A DNA stretch of 63,586 nt, counting the filler, from Octopus bimaculoides (Eukaryota), in the NCBI RefSeq assembly GCF_001194135.2. It is 3 parts of 3 records of this genome, joined end to end, with 100 filler letters (N's around TTAATTAATTAA, not from the genome) between each part and the next. Parts side by side here need not be neighbours in the genome. Positions count along the whole stretch, not along the records: positions 1 to 30,325 come from NC_068998.1; positions 30,426 to 51,530 come from NC_068981.1; 1 more part is not named here. One strand, 5' to 3'. Numbering within the stretch: the stretch's first letter is position 1; every line of letters begins with the position of its first letter. Shown piece after piece: positions 25,596-40,083 of this stretch. Made by a program: the position numbers and the translations under genes. The notes below the pieces were generated by a model. The model was not told the DNA's origin. It worked only from the letters and a program-made list of their open reading frames with translations, and did not search any database.

Positions 25596-26899
25596 GTGGC
25601 AGTTTCAAAATTATTTGAAACCAAGGCAGTGTATTTCAACAGAAATATCATAAGGAAAAGGTTAATCTAATTCTTTATGCTAATCTTATACTTAATATTA
25701 ATCTACAAATGGTCGCATTTCTTTGCAATGAATTATATGTTGTAATGTTATCTTCATTGTCTGTCTTATTCTATCTAGGATTCTGAATGTATTCAATGTC
25801 AAAGTGTCCTCTCAATCTGTCTTATGACCTTTCTGATCTCCAATAACTGTCTCAAACTAATGAGAGAGTTTCTATGCTGTTGATCAACTTGCTAGAAATA
25901 GCAATCACATCTCACTCTAATCATACCCTGCTATTTTGGAAGAAGAGGTAAAAAAAAAAAATGGACTGGCACATTGATTAATGTAACCATTCACATACTG
26001 AAAATACAAGAGACATGATGGTCATAGCTGGACAGCTATAGATCACAGGTCATCTGACAGTATTTTTCTAATTGAATATATGCTTATGTATATATATATA
26101 AACGTGTGCATGTATCAGTGTGCATGTGTGTGTATGTGTTGTTAGATACNNNNNNNNNNNNNNNNNNNNNNNNNNNNNNNNNNNNNNNNNNNNNNNNNNN
26201 NNNNNNNNNNNNNNNNNNNNNNNNNNNNNNNNNNNNNNNNNNNNNNNNNNNNNNNNNNNNNNNNNNNNNNNNNNNNNNNNNNNNNNNNNNNNNNNNNNNN
26301 NNNNNNNNNNNNNNNNNNNNNNNNNNNNNNNNNNNNNNNNNNNNNNNNNNNNNNNNNNNNNNNNNNNNNNNNNNNNNNNNNNNNNNNNNNNNNNNNNNNN
26401 NNNNNNNNNNNNNNNNNNNNNNNNNNNNNNNNNNNNNNNNNNNNNNNNNNNNNNNNNNNNNNNNNNNNNNNNNNNNNNNNNNNNNNNNNNNNNNNNNNNN
26501 NNNNNNNNNNNNNNNNNNNNNNNNNNNNNNNNNNNNNNNNNNNNNNNNNNNNNNNNNNNNNNNNNNNNNNNNNNNNNNNNNNNNNNNNNNNNNNNNNNNN
26601 NNNNNNNNNNNNNNNNNNNNNNNNNNNNNNNNNNNNNNNNNNNCACTTGACATCTCACTCTCTGCAGAATTCATTTCATTATGGATAATTCATATAATTG
26701 CCAGTGTGTCTTTGAGTGTGTGTATGTATGTATGCATGCATGCATGTATGTATGTATGTATGCATGCATGTATGTATATGTGTATGCATGAATGTATGTG
26801 CATGTATGTATGTAGGTATGTGTGTGTATGCATGTATATTTGTACATGTGTATATATATACACACATATATATTTTATACATATATGTATATATTTATG

Positions 26900-26937
<38 letters not shown>

Positions 26938-27022
26938 ACACATATATATACATCCTTAAACACTCACACACACAGATATATGCATTCATATATATATGTG
27001 TGTGTGTGTGTGTATATATATG

Positions 27023-27072
<50 letters not shown>

Positions 27073-27479
27073 CATAAGAATGTTTGTACACAAGTGTATG
27101 AATCTCTGCGTGTTTGTCTGTGCTTCTGTTCAAAGGTATGACAGAAAACAGAGAAGCACTAACCATTTTCTTCTGTTTCATTTGATTCAGTAAATAGCCA
27201 AAGATTTGGCTAACAATCTCCATTTTTTTTTTTTTCATTTTTTTCTCATTTTTTTTCCTTTTTTCTTTTTGCTTTTCGATCATATATTTTCTGAATCATG
27301 CACAATTTGACCACAAAACTAGGATTACTCAAAGAATATATACAAAGACATAAACTGTAAATTTGTCTACATTGATAAACAGCAGAAAATAAAGAGGAGC
27401 CAACAAAGAAGATTGAAGCAAATTGGCAAAAGGTTTCTAACTATCTGGTTCCATAATATAAGGATATGGACTTATCATT

Positions 27480-27599
27480 TACTTTTTATTTGTTTTAATC
27501 ATTGGACTGTGGCCATGCTGGGACACCACCTTAAAAGAATTTCTTGCTTTTTAGTCAAATAAATTGAACCTGGTACTTATTTTATTATTATTATTATTA

Positions 27600-27641
<42 letters not shown>

Positions 27642-27765
27642 TTTGGCAATCTGGCATTCATTCTGTTGGGCTTCTCTGCTGAACTTCTAAGTTAGGAGGA
27701 TGTAAACAACCACAACAGTTGTCAAGCAATGTGTGTGTGTGTAGGACAAACACAAACAGACACAT

Positions 27766-27805
<40 letters not shown>

Positions 27806-27970
27806 ACACTCATATATTATGTGGTAAAAAGTTACTTTTCAACTACATTGTCCCGAGTTCAGTCTCACTGCATGGCACCTTGGGCAAGTGTCTTCTACTA
27901 TAGCCTTAAACTAACCAAAGCCTAGTGAGTGGATTTGGTAGACAGAAACTGAAAGAAGCCTGTCATATAT
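27480..27970. mobile_element. SINE family A tail (minus, split by (ATT)n) followed by a family A head (plus)
   Basis: GGACTGTGGCCATGCTGG at 27505; CACCTTGGGCAAGTGTCTTCTACTATAGCC at ~27876. Confidence 0.7.
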
Positions 27971-28023
27971 ATATATAGACATATATATATATACGGCGTC
28001 AGCGGCAGCTGAGGTGATAGTGG

Positions 28024-28046
28024 TGGGGCTGGGGTGGGGTGGGGGT
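28024..28046 (+). other. G-quadruplex-forming motif
   Basis: GGGG-CT-GGGG-T-GGGG-T-GGGGG. Confidence 0.7.
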
Positions 28047-28599
28047 GATGGAGGTAGCAGCAGCAGCAGCATGAGTGAAGAAGTTTTCTTTATATGATTG
28101 TTTAACCTGCTAGAAATAACAGTTAATTCTTCACTAAATCTCTTTTTCTTTTGATTTTTTTCAATGATTTCATGGATTCCCATAACTGTCTGTCACCATC
28201 CTTTTCCAAGATAACGAATTTGAATTGGAAGATTGAAATACAGTGAATCTCCTTTCATTAGCTGATTACACAACCATCTCTTGACAGAGTTCGGTGATCC
28301 TGAACGTTGATCTTCTAGACTTCCCCCACTCATCATCAACGTAAAAAGCACCATTGGCTCAGTTGAGCTCTTCCACTACCTCTTTTACAATCCACTATGT
28401 TGCACTCCCATGACTTCACTGTATCCCTAGCAGGGTGACTGAATGGGTGCTATGCCTTGCCAAAGGGCACCCTGTAACTATCTCTTAACTAGGCCTGGAC
28501 ACAGGTTCAGTCATCATTGCTTTTACAGGTTCTCTATGAATAAAGAGATTGATGTTCCAACAGCGTATTCAATAACATGTTCTGAGAGGGAGAATTGCT

Positions 28600-28716
28600 A
28601 GGGGAAGGAATCAACATTTTGGGAAGGAATAACTAGAGAAGGAATAAACATGGGAAGGAATAACTAGAGAAGGAATAAACATAGGAAGGAATAAACATGG
28701 GAAGGAATAAACATAG
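28600..28716 (+). repeat. purine-rich minisatellite (GAAGGAATAA core)
   Basis: Six or more GAAGGAATAA cores with ACATGG or CTAGA spacers. Confidence 0.85.
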
Positions 28717-29757
28717 AGGTTAATGTGGGACTTGAGTGGTGGTGGTGGTGGGAGGATAGACAACATGGGAGATGATAGGAGACAGGTGAGCTGAGCGTGC
28801 TTGAGGGAGGAGACAACTGTACAAAGGTTCCATCATTGTTAGTTTGCTATGCTGTGTTCAGGTTCTGGTGTATCTTCCCTTTTGTGTTTTTCTTTCACTT
28901 GTCTCAGTTATTGGACTGTGGCCATGCTACAACATGGCCTTGAAGGGTTTTAGTCAAACAAATCACACCCAATATTTATTGAGACATAGAGTCAAGGACA
29001 TGCAGGTGGGAGGTATAAGTAATTAAAACATATTACCTGAAAATCAGAGATGGACTATATAGATAAGGGTTTAAGATCTTTGCTTTTAGTGCATCACTGG
29101 AAAAGTAAAGGAATTAGTATATCCATAAGTGATAATGAGCATTGATCTAGACATGTGTGTGTCTTGTGTTTCTTTCTTTGTGTATAAAGTTTCATAGTGC
29201 TCTTCTTTGCTTGTTGTTTTTACACTTTATATTTCTACGCTTTCCAGGCACAGGAATTTACTTGTGTCACTCCTCATTGTATTCTTTTGTTTGTTTTTTC
29301 CACTTTCCACTTTGACTCAAATTTAATTCATCAAATTTGTCTGATTTGTATTATATACATACATGTATGCATATACATATACAAACATATATATGTGTGT
29401 GTGAGTGTGTGTGTGTGCTGTGTGTGTTTGTGTGAGTGTGTGTGTGTGCTATGTGTGTTTGTGTGTGTGTGTACATTTGTATGTATATATATATATATAT
29501 AATTTGCTATAGAAAAAGATATAAGATTTTACCCAATATTGCCTATGTGAAATAAAATGGAATAAACAAATTACAATGGAGAATTATAAACATTTTATCT
29601 TTATATTTTAGTCAATGTCTCCATGGACAGAAAAAGAGGGATCAGTTGATCTGGTTTCAATCCCATACTGAGATCTCATCACTAACTGAGCAATATCACA
29701 TATAACTATCAACTGTACCATACACATTAATTACATGCGCATATACACTCACACACA

Positions 29758-29759
<2 letters not shown>

Positions 29760-29827
<68 letters not shown>
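29760..29827. repeat. (CT)n microsatellite
   Basis: Direct reading. Confidence 0.95.
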
Positions 29828-29829
<2 letters not shown>

Positions 29830-30104
29830 ATAAGCAGATCCTATTAAAAACAAAAGCAGGGATAATGCAATAAAAAATGAAGAACTAATTCCAGAGGCAA
29901 TTTAGAGTAAAGCAACTCACATACATTCTCAGCAGAACTCATTATATCTAGAAGAGATTTCGTTTGTTACTGAAGAAATTTCAACAAATTCTTCATGGGT
30001 AATATCATTTGAAAAAATTATTTTTCTCTTTCCGTTTCTCACACGTTTGGAACTTGTGTATACATATATGATATATGTGCCTGCTTGTAAATGTGGTAGG
30101 TGTC

Positions 30105-30325
30105 ATCATCATCGTTTAACGTCCGCTTTCCATGCTAGCATGGGTTGGACGATTTGACTGAGGACTGGTGAAACCGGATGGCAACACCAGGCTCCAGTCT
30201 GATTTGGCAGAGTTTCTACAGCTGGATGCCCTTCCTAACGCCAACCACTCAGAGAGTGTAGTGGGTGCTTTTACGTGTCACCCGCACGAAAACGGCCACG
30301 CTCGAAATGGTGTCTTTTATGTGCC
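30105..30325 (-). mobile_element. RTE-type LINE or RTE-dependent SINE 3' end with (GAT)n tail
   Basis: Minus strand ends CGTCCAACCCATGCTAGCATGGAAAGCGGACGTTAAACGATGATGAT. Confidence 0.55.
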
Positions 30326-30369
30326 NNNNNNNNNNNNNNNNNNNNNNNNNNNNNNNNNNNNNNNNNNNN

Positions 30370-30381
30370 TTAATTAATTAA
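30370..30381. other. artificial scaffold spacer TTAATTAATTAA
   Basis: 44 N + 12 nt + 44 N = 100; identical arrangement at 51575. Confidence 0.9.
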
Positions 30382-30631
30382 NNNNNNNNNNNNNNNNNNN
30401 NNNNNNNNNNNNNNNNNNNNNNNNNTTGTTGTTGCTGTTGTTATTGTCACTGGTAGTAGCAGTGGTGAGGACAGTGGTCGTGTTAGCAAGGACATTTGTG
30501 TCGTTGTCGTTGTTGTTGCTGTTGTTGTTGTTGTTGTCTTTGTCGTTGTTGTTGTTGTTGTCACTGGTGACGGTGGCAGGCAAGACTGCTGTAGCAGCAG
30601 AGTTTGTACACGTGATGGTGGTAGATAGATG

Positions 30632-30698
<67 letters not shown>

Positions 30699-30699
30699 C

Positions 30700-30868
30700 T
30701 TCCCCTCCTGGATAGGACACCAGTTCATAGTCAGCCTTGCAAGCTGAGTGCACTGGATAAATGTGAAATGAAGTGTATTACTCGGTCCAGCATTCAAACC
30801 ACGATATTACGGTCATTTGCACAACACCTTCTCCATAAAACCTTAACCACTAAGCCACGTGCCTCCGT
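30700..30868 (-). mobile_element. SINE family C head
   Basis: Reverse complement begins GGAGGCACGTGGCTTAGTGGTTAAGG. Confidence 0.65.
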
Positions 30869-32870
30869 ATCACACAGACACGCACTCACACACACAACAC
30901 ACAACACACAACACACACGCACACACAAACGAACACTCAAATAAATATGAATGGGTATGTATACACACACACATACACACGTATACATACGTACGTACAT
31001 ACATACAAACATGCATACATACATACATACATACATACATACATACATACATTCATACATACATACATACATACATACATACATACATACATACGTACAT
31101 ACATATATAGTATGTGAGAGAGTTTCTCTACATATGTGTGTAGATTTCTCTGCGTCCGAAAACAGTGTATGATGTACTTAGATGCATATGGCTGTTTATA
31201 TTTTCCTGTATGATTTAATTAACATTGTTTGCTTTCACTCCGTTTCAGATAACAATTAATGACTTTATATTGTTATGGTTAGCGTAAATGTCCGTCTATA
31301 ACTATAATCAGTGTCAGTTCATTCTTTGATAATATTTCCTCTAACAGTTTTTTCTCATGTTCATTGTTTTTCACCATTCTTCTCATTCTTATTCTCTATA
31401 TGTTCTCTATCTGTCTCCCCGTCTTTCTGGAAATTCTTGTCTTGTTACCTAACTCAGTAACAGATGTTATTCCAGCAATGTCTATAACAAGAAACTACAT
31501 GACTTTTAAGATAGATGTAGAAGACCCGACTGTTTCTTCCACTTTATTGGTTTTGCAAATATCAACAGAGTATTAAGTTAGAAAGTTTTTAATTGTGGCA
31601 ATAGTCTTTCGTCACCTTCTTGTGCAACGTCAGTACTATCGCCACTTAGCGCATAATTATATATATATANNNNNNNNNNNNNNNNNNNNNNNNNNNNNNN
31701 NNNNNNNNNNNNNNNNNNNNNNNNNNNNNNNNNNNNNNNNNNNNNNNNNNNNNNNNNNNNNNNNNNNNNNNNNNNNNNNNNNNNNNNNNNNNNNNNNNNN
31801 NNNNNNNNNNNNNNNNNNNNNNNNNNNNNNNNNNNNNNNNNNNNNNNNNNNNNNNNNNNNNNNNNNNNNNNNNNNNNNNNNNNNNNNNNNNNNNNNNNNN
31901 NNNNNNNNNNNNNNNNNNNNNNNNNNNNNNNNNNNNNNNNNNNNNNNNNNNNNNNNNNNNNNNNNNNNNNNNNNNNNNNNNNNNNNNNNNNNNNNNNNNN
32001 NNNNNNNNNNNNNNNNNNNNNNNNNNNNNNNNNNNNNNNNNNNNNNNNNNNNNNNNNNNNNNNNNNNNNNNNNNNNNNNNNNNNNNNNNNNNNNNNNNNN
32101 NNNNNNNNNNNNNNNNNNNNNNNNNNNNNNNNNNNNNNNNNNNNNNNNNNNNNNNNNNNNNNNNNNNNNNNNNNNNNNNNNNNNNNNNNNNNNNNNNNNN
32201 NNNNNNNNNNNNNNNNNNNNNNNNNNNNNNNNNNNNNNNNAGGGGATAATAACACTTTTCTACTTTTCTGTTGTTTTCCATGCCTAATCTAAAACAAGCA
32301 ACGCCAACAATACTTTTTATTACTTTCAAATACCATTTTGTATAAAACAAAGCTCGTGTGTCTTCGGCAAAGTGGCATTTCATATTTAGCTCAAGCCTGC
32401 TTTTTAAAAAAAAAAAAAAAAAAAAAACAGGCCTAATCTTATGTATAGGCTATGGTTCTTAAATATGCGCTAAGCGTCATATTTCAGTTTCTGGACTTTC
32501 TGTAATATGAAACTTAAATATTTACTAACTACTTCTTTTTCATTGTCAAGGTTTGATTACTTCAAACTAGAATCCAAATTATGTAAATAGTTTACACACT
32601 TTATTGTGGAATTAGTAATTCATCTCGAACAAAAGCGAACCACGTCGAAATTCCTGAAAATGCTGTCCAAAGTGTTTCTTCCAGAATATTGGATGAAGAT
32701 CTTGTCTTGAATATTACTTCATGCAAATATACAAATATGGAGTATATATATGTATGTATGTATGTATGTATTTATAAATGCGTATGTCTGCGTGCGTGTG
32801 TATGTGCGCATGTATGTGTCTAATTATGTAATTGTATAATTATATATGGTTATATCTATACATATATATG

Positions 32871-32966
<96 letters not shown>

Positions 32967-33119
32967 GTATGTATATATATCTACGTATGTATTTAAATAT
33001 ATATTCACATATATGCATATATACGTGTGTATATATATACACATACACATACATATATATGTATACATATGTATATGTGTATGTATATATATACATGTGT
33101 GCGTGTATGCATACATACA

Positions 33120-33159
<40 letters not shown>

Positions 33160-36100
33160 TATGTATGTATATAAGTATTCACACATATATTTATATATCC
33201 ATGTAATGTGTGCATCGTATTTTTAGTTTAGTCATACTGTGTGTATCATGTTTATATAAGGTATATTTACCACATGAAGTAATCCAAGTACAGCATGCTT
33301 TAACTCATACACTGTATCGTTCTTATATAATGTTTCGTTGTTTCCATATCGTCATGCTTTTATGGCTGCAAATAGCAAGGAAAATATGCAAATTTTGTGC
33401 AGCATCGCCGTGTTCTCATGTGTAAACGAGTTAGTAAGTCAAGTGGAATTGAATATATGATTTATGATTTTTAGCATGTCTCCTTTACCTAATATTTTTT
33501 CCCTTTAACTTTTACAGTTAGACATTATTTGCACGAGATTTTAGAATATATGTGAAATTCTATTCATCTTAACGAATTTATATATCTATTCGTCAGTAAT
33601 TGTTACTGTTATAATTTTCTAACAGGTCAGCTATAAATAAGGAAAGCAATGGTCTCAGATATGTCCCAGATTTGTGACCACCCCGCAGTCATTAATTCCT
33701 ACGACTAATATATTGAAAGTAACTTTTCACTTTTCGAAAGGTAGTGTTTGGAGTAAGAGACATTAGCTGCCCTCTTTAGCTTCTCTTGCTAAGTCATGTA
33801 CATATTTTGTCAAAGTTCAATAAATTTTACATTATTTTCGACTTGTTTTTCTTTAACAATTGATGTGACTTTCAGACCAACGATACCATGGTACCATGTA
33901 TTCCACAACTATTTCTAAATTCATAAAAATACTGCAAATTTAAACGTAAGCATGAACAAATAATTTCATTTGAAATTACACATCTATTTCAAATGAAATT
34001 GTTTCATGCTTACGCATATTACACATCATTTATTTATTTATTNNNNNNNNNNTTTTTTTTTTTTTTTAGTATTCCGTTCTCGAAATGAAGGAAAATTTGA
34101 GATGATATAAACTCCACGCTAAACACGGTACGATCTGAGTAGAAAGCATCGTTCCTTCTGTGTTATACACTTGACAGCTCTTCAGAGCTGCGTCTTTATA
34201 TTTGACAAGAAATAAACAACTTCAATTGTCGACTGTCTGTAAAACTCTGCAGCCGTACCAATGTGCTGGTAATGCTGTACTACATGTTAATACGCAGTAA
34301 TATATTCTTGTTTTTATATCAGAGAAAAGTACATATGATCAGACTTTAAACCACAGTCTCAGAGACAAACTGCAGCAATTACTCTACTAAACTAGATTAT
34401 GTTTCTTGCTTTCTCCCGTAGTTATAGCATTACCAACCAAAACTGTATTAGAATAATAGTATAGATATGGTTTACGACTAAACAATATTACATTACATTG
34501 CATGCATCTTTGCAATCAATACTTTATCTAAGAGTATTTATATAAATATAACAACGGTTCAATGTTTTCAGTTTTATAAAATTTACTTCAAAAGTCTTAT
34601 AACTACAATTCCAGGCAATGTATAACCGTCATTTTCACGGATAGTACGCTTTCACTGGTTTTATTCATTGTACTGCAGTCATACCAGGCACTGCTTCGAA
34701 GGGTTTAGTCGATTGCTCATATTTAGTATTTATTCAATTATGTTCTTTCTGCTGAACCACAGACGCGACAACAAATATGAGCTCACACACGCAAGGAAAC
34801 ATTTATTCACGCACACAAACATTTATTCACGCGCGCGCGCGCGCACACACGCACACACAGGTGAGGACACAGGACTGTTGTAGGAGACCCAAGTGGTTTG
34901 CGAAGCGAACTTGCTAACCATACAACAATACCTCACCCTATAATGACAAAGTAACTACTACAGAGGACAGCTAAAAATTAACAGGAGCTAATTTTGTGGT
35001 GAGGAAATAGTAATATTAGTTGCTTAACACTGTTTTGGTTCTTCCGGCAAGTAAGGGGTTAATCTCACGATACATTCAATATCCGTGTTACCACTCGACT
35101 CTACATAGCGAAATAGTAACGGAAATCTCGGTAAATATACAATAATATTTACATGTAAAAGTGAAAGACTAGAAATGGTGAGTGAGTTAATTACAGAGGG
35201 ACGCCAAACTTTGCCCCGCATATTTCCCCAAATAATCTAAATAATATTTCTTCTTTTTTTTTTATCTCACTGAATATTTGTTTCATGTAGCTTTTATTTT
35301 CATAGCACCCCATTAAAAATGTTTACTATTATACAACTATTGTTTATCTTGCAGGTGGTGTCTCTATGCTTTGTTCATGACAATTTGAGCTTAAGAAAGG
35401 AAGGATAAAGTTCACTAAACCTGTAAAATAACAAAGAATACGAAGCTACCTCTAGAAATGTCGCGTACTCTGTGAAACGACTCCGGAAATACAATGGCAA
35501 GTACCTTCAATATTTTTATCTGATAATATCCAGTTATGACATTTAAGTCTCTTCTTTCATCGTATGAAAGGAATAGATCTGATTCCTTTGAACCTGATCG
35601 TCATTTGCATTAATAACCGTATATGACATTGCGCACTTGATACTTTTTCTCAAACTGATGATAATAATAATGATATATTTCGAATACTGCCTTGTATTTA
35701 ATTTTTCACGTTTTACGTGTTATGAATTTTTGCTTTAATCCTCACAATAATTATCAGCAATTATCTGATGTGAAATAATATCTGAGTAATTAAATAGCAT
35801 TTAATTACCAGTAATCATCAATAGCATTTAGCCAACAATAGATTATATCATAGCTACCATATATCAAATCGAAAATAAAATCTGTTAATTTATAGAATTT
35901 ATTTCTTTATTTCCATTCATTTAGTAGAGAGTCTGAAGTGTTTCTTCTAACTAAAGCTATGTCGAATAAATTCTGCATTTGTGTACATTTCACGCAGATG
36001 AAACCAGTACTGCTTTTAAGAAGCGCATGAGTATCACTCACACACTCTCTCTCTTTCGTATTGAAACAGTTGGCGGCAGAAAGAAGAAAATATATATGTA

Positions 36101-38277
36101 TTTTCCATCTACTTCGATTGAAGCACAATAGCAACAATTTTCATTTACTTCGCCAATAAAAGCATATCAGGTAAGAAACAAGTCGAAATTAAATTCTACA
36201 TAGCACCTACCCACTATAAAATATTACTTTGCATCTAGACGCAAGAAACTAATTGACTTTTGAGATTACGTATTTGAAAAACAAAAGAGAACCTCAACGT
36301 GGTTCCGCAACCTACTGGGAGCCGGTATTTAAATCTCCATTAAATCACATATCATTCCAATTGTTTTAAAATTTTGTGCCGATATATTTCATTGTGCTAC
36401 GAAATTTTCGACTTAAGTAATCCATTACAAAGCTTCAACACGCTGAAAAGCGTGTTATTCATCAATATGTTATCCATAAGTATGATTAATAAAATTTCGG
36501 TAGCACGTTTTACTATATCGTCTGAATATTCAAAATTAAATCGTAATTATTTCGTCATTTCCACGCGGAAGATGGAAGTTGTTCTTTTATATTATTCATC
36601 TTCAGAGACTTATAATATGAAAACGAAACGTTTTAGAACCGCTTAACACACTGTAATTCAAGACACGAGTAAAAAAAAAAAAGAATGGTTTCGACTAGAA
36701 TGTTTTGACCATAGGTTTAATAATATTTTGCCTGTGTTGAGAAATAATGTGGTGAAAATTGTCAATTACTGAGCTGAATGCCTTACATTAACCAATTTTA
36801 ATTTTCTAGGTGGAAAGTTGGATACGCATCGTTGTTTTCTTTCATAATGTTTGATTGTATTAAATCAGTCGTTAGTCTCAAGATAATATGATTTAGAAAA
36901 TATATATATTTCATGAGTTCGCTAATTGTTTTAGTAACCAATGTAGTCGAGAGCAGATATATAGACACTCTCTCGAAACTTCGAACCATGACTCATTGGA
37001 ATGTTTGGAGTGTGATAGCTGGCGCGAGTGAAGATTTCACCGGATGGACTTATTATTCATTTATTCAGTTTCAAGTTAGTAACGTGTAGTAATGTGAAAC
37101 AAAGGGCTTGTTGAGACATCACACCACCTTATTTCGAAATCAGGTTTACGAACAGATCGCCTGGAGGGTAAAATTACTACTTGGTCATACGTCCTTCATA
37201 CAAGGGAAGGTGTATAATCACAAGTTAAACCCCTGCCCGCCAGATAATATTGTCTTGCAATTAAACACAAGACACTGATAACATTTTGATATTTCCTACA
37301 TCAATTTAAACCTAGGCGTAAAAAGCAACTACAACAACAACGTCTATAGTTCACTTATTCCCCACAAACGTTAAACTCCACCTCTTCCCCAATGCAAACT
37401 AATGTATTCAACATTGTGAATTTGTATTTACAGTTTACCGACATATAACATCAATAGTTTCCAAAGAGTTCTACTGTTTCACTTCATAATTAGCATATTT
37501 TATTTTCTCTTTTATATCTTTTATATCTTCCAACATATTTACATTCACTAATATTCCTACATAGATTAATTTCCATCGATGTTCCTTATAATTTAATGTT
37601 ACTTAAACAAGCGAGGCAATATTCATAAAAGCTAACTTGTCGATTTGATTATTCAACTGAATACACTTAAAAGAAATTAACTTTAACTTATCAAAAAGAA
37701 AATTGTAAAATTCATATATTAGATGAGATATTTCCATATCAGTTGTTTGTGCATATATCTCCTTTATACTTTGTGAAGTGTGTATGTCTATGCGAGGAAG
37801 TGTATGAGACTAAGTGTGTGGATGTATCGCTTATTTTCATCTACTCTTTGAATATACAGGTTGCTGTGTTTTCTCGATAGCACACTGAGCGAGCTATCTG
37901 CATAAAGCGATTGATTTTCACTGGCTGACCTCGTTTGTTCATTTGCGAAAGAACTAATGGATATTATGTGGTTGATAAAACCAAACATTTTGGAATAGAT
38001 TCCCTCCGGAAAAATATTCGATCGCCATTAACACTACACCATATATTTTACTACGCAAATAATGTAAATTTCTTTTATTATACTCATGCAAGAGTGAAGT
38101 TTGTTTTCCATAAACAAAACTCTTTGTCACCATTACAGACTTATTATATCCACTAAATGTCGAAAAGATAGCATTAATAAAATGACTACTATTAAATTAA
38201 AACAAAAAACATTATGGATGAGTACATGTACATGTATATGCACACATGAATGCACACATTTATACATACATACATAC

Positions 38278-38311
<34 letters not shown>

Positions 38312-38748
38312 NNNNNNNNNNNNNNNNNNNNNNNNNNNNNNNNNNNNNNNNNNNNNNNNNNNNNNNNNNNNNNNNNNNNNNNNNNNNNNNNNNNNNNNNN
38401 NNNNNNNNNNNNNNNNNNNNNNNNNNNNNNNNNNNNNNNNNNNNNNNNNNNNNNNNNNNNNNNNNNNNNNNNNNNNNNNNNNNNNNNNNNNNNNNNNNNN
38501 NNNNNNNNNNNNNNNNNNNNNNNNNNNNNNNNNNNNNNNNNNNNNNNNNNNNNNNNNNNNNNNNNNNNNNNNNNNNNNNNNNNNNNNNNNNNNNNNNNNN
38601 NNNNNNNNNNNNNNNNNNNNNNNNNNTTACTTGTTTTTAATTCTCTTACTATCTTATCGTTCGTTTAAGCCACTAGATTACAAGGACGTATGTAAACCGA
38701 CACCAGTAGTCAAACGATGAGTATACAAACGCAAACACGACACAAACG

Positions 38749-38790
<42 letters not shown>

Positions 38791-38793
<3 letters not shown>

Positions 38794-39989
38794 GGTGCGA
38801 TGGGTAAATTGTCGCCATTTTATAATACTAATTTCTCGCATGCGCATTGTTTGTTTTTGATTTTGTCTGTGACACAGTATAGTAGGGTTAGTTAGGCACC
38901 GTCTGTGAGAAAAACAGCCCCATGACGCATTTCACGCTACCAGAAATTTGGCAATGACATGCTGTACTGCTTGGCATTCATACCGGAAATTCCAATGCGA
39001 ACATTTTAGATTGTTTGAGTGTCGACCTGCGGACACTGCATAGAATTCGAAAAAACTTGGATGAGTCTAATGCTGATTACGAAACTACTGCAGCTCGGAA
39101 AACTCATGCTGACCGTTCTGAGAAGAAAAGAATTGGTAAGATCCAAGTCATGATTGACAATGATGCCTCCAAGTCAATCATGTACATCGCCAGGGATATG
39201 GGAGTGTCTCAGTTTGTTATCAGGCAAGTAGTGCACGATGACATTCGATATTCTTCATACAACGGGAAACCAATTTTTATCTCAGCCATCAGGGGCAAGA
39301 GGTAAAACAAGGCTACGAGGCTTTTGGAGAAATTCAAGCATCTCCCCAACCGAACATACTTTCTTGTTTCACAGACAAGAAAACTTTCTGTCGTGTCCCC
39401 AAGACATGTACCAAGACTGATAGAAATCGAACATCCAGTCAATATTATGTTGTTTGGAGTGATCACTAGTGATGGCAGCATTATGCCTCCATTCATCTTG
39501 CCACACGGCTTCAGACTCAACAAGTGCCTGGAGGAGGTAGTCCTGCCCTGGGTCAAGAAGGTGGGTGCTGGAAGACCTTATGTCTGGTAACAGTACTCTG
39601 TACCATGCCACACAAGCAGGAGAAACCAGTTGCGGCTGTCAGACAATTTCTGCGACCACATCATCCCTAACATTTGGCCACCTAACTTCCCAGACTGCAA
39701 CCTCCTAGATTATTATGTGTGGTGCGCAGTTGAGCGAGAAACTAATAAAACTCATTGAAACACCAAAGATGAACGGAAGGCAAGGATTATGGCAGCATTC
39801 ACCAACTTAAAACAAGAAGACTGCTCAGAAGAGTTGCAGGAGATTCTGAAGTTGTCTGGAGGCTGTGGTTGAAACCACTGCCGATTTTATTGAATAAATT
39901 TACTCTTAACTTTGGTAAATACATCTGTTAAAACGAGTGTTATTTTCATTTTTGCGTAATTTAGATGACAATTTATTCACCGCACCCTG
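38791..39989 (+). mobile_element. maT-family (DD37D) Tc1/mariner transposon, near full length, inactivated
   Basis: 23-bp TIRs CAGGGTGCGATGGGTAAATTGTC / GACAATTTATTCACCGCACCCTG, both TA-flanked. Contains HPVNIMLFGVITSDG and W*QYSVPCHTS...IWPPNFPDCNLLDYYVW, with 37 residues between the mutated second D position and the third D. Confidence 0.9.
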
Positions 39990-40002
39990 TACATATATAT
40001 AG

Positions 40003-40083
40003 GGATTCATGAAATCATAATTAAATAATCCTCCTGTACTTTCATTTACTCGAAGCCAAGAACGTTTCATCATCCCTTTGTAC
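40003..40083 (+). mobile_element. mariner-like 3' end/TIR fragment
   Basis: CATGAAATCATAATTAAATAATCCTCCTGTAC...AAGCCAAGAACGTTTCA, the same family as 42921-43047. Confidence 0.65.

Noticed and set aside
31578-31660. ALSGDSTDVAQ resembling the hAT DESTD motif
   Set aside because: Too short, next to a gap, and the similarity does not continue.
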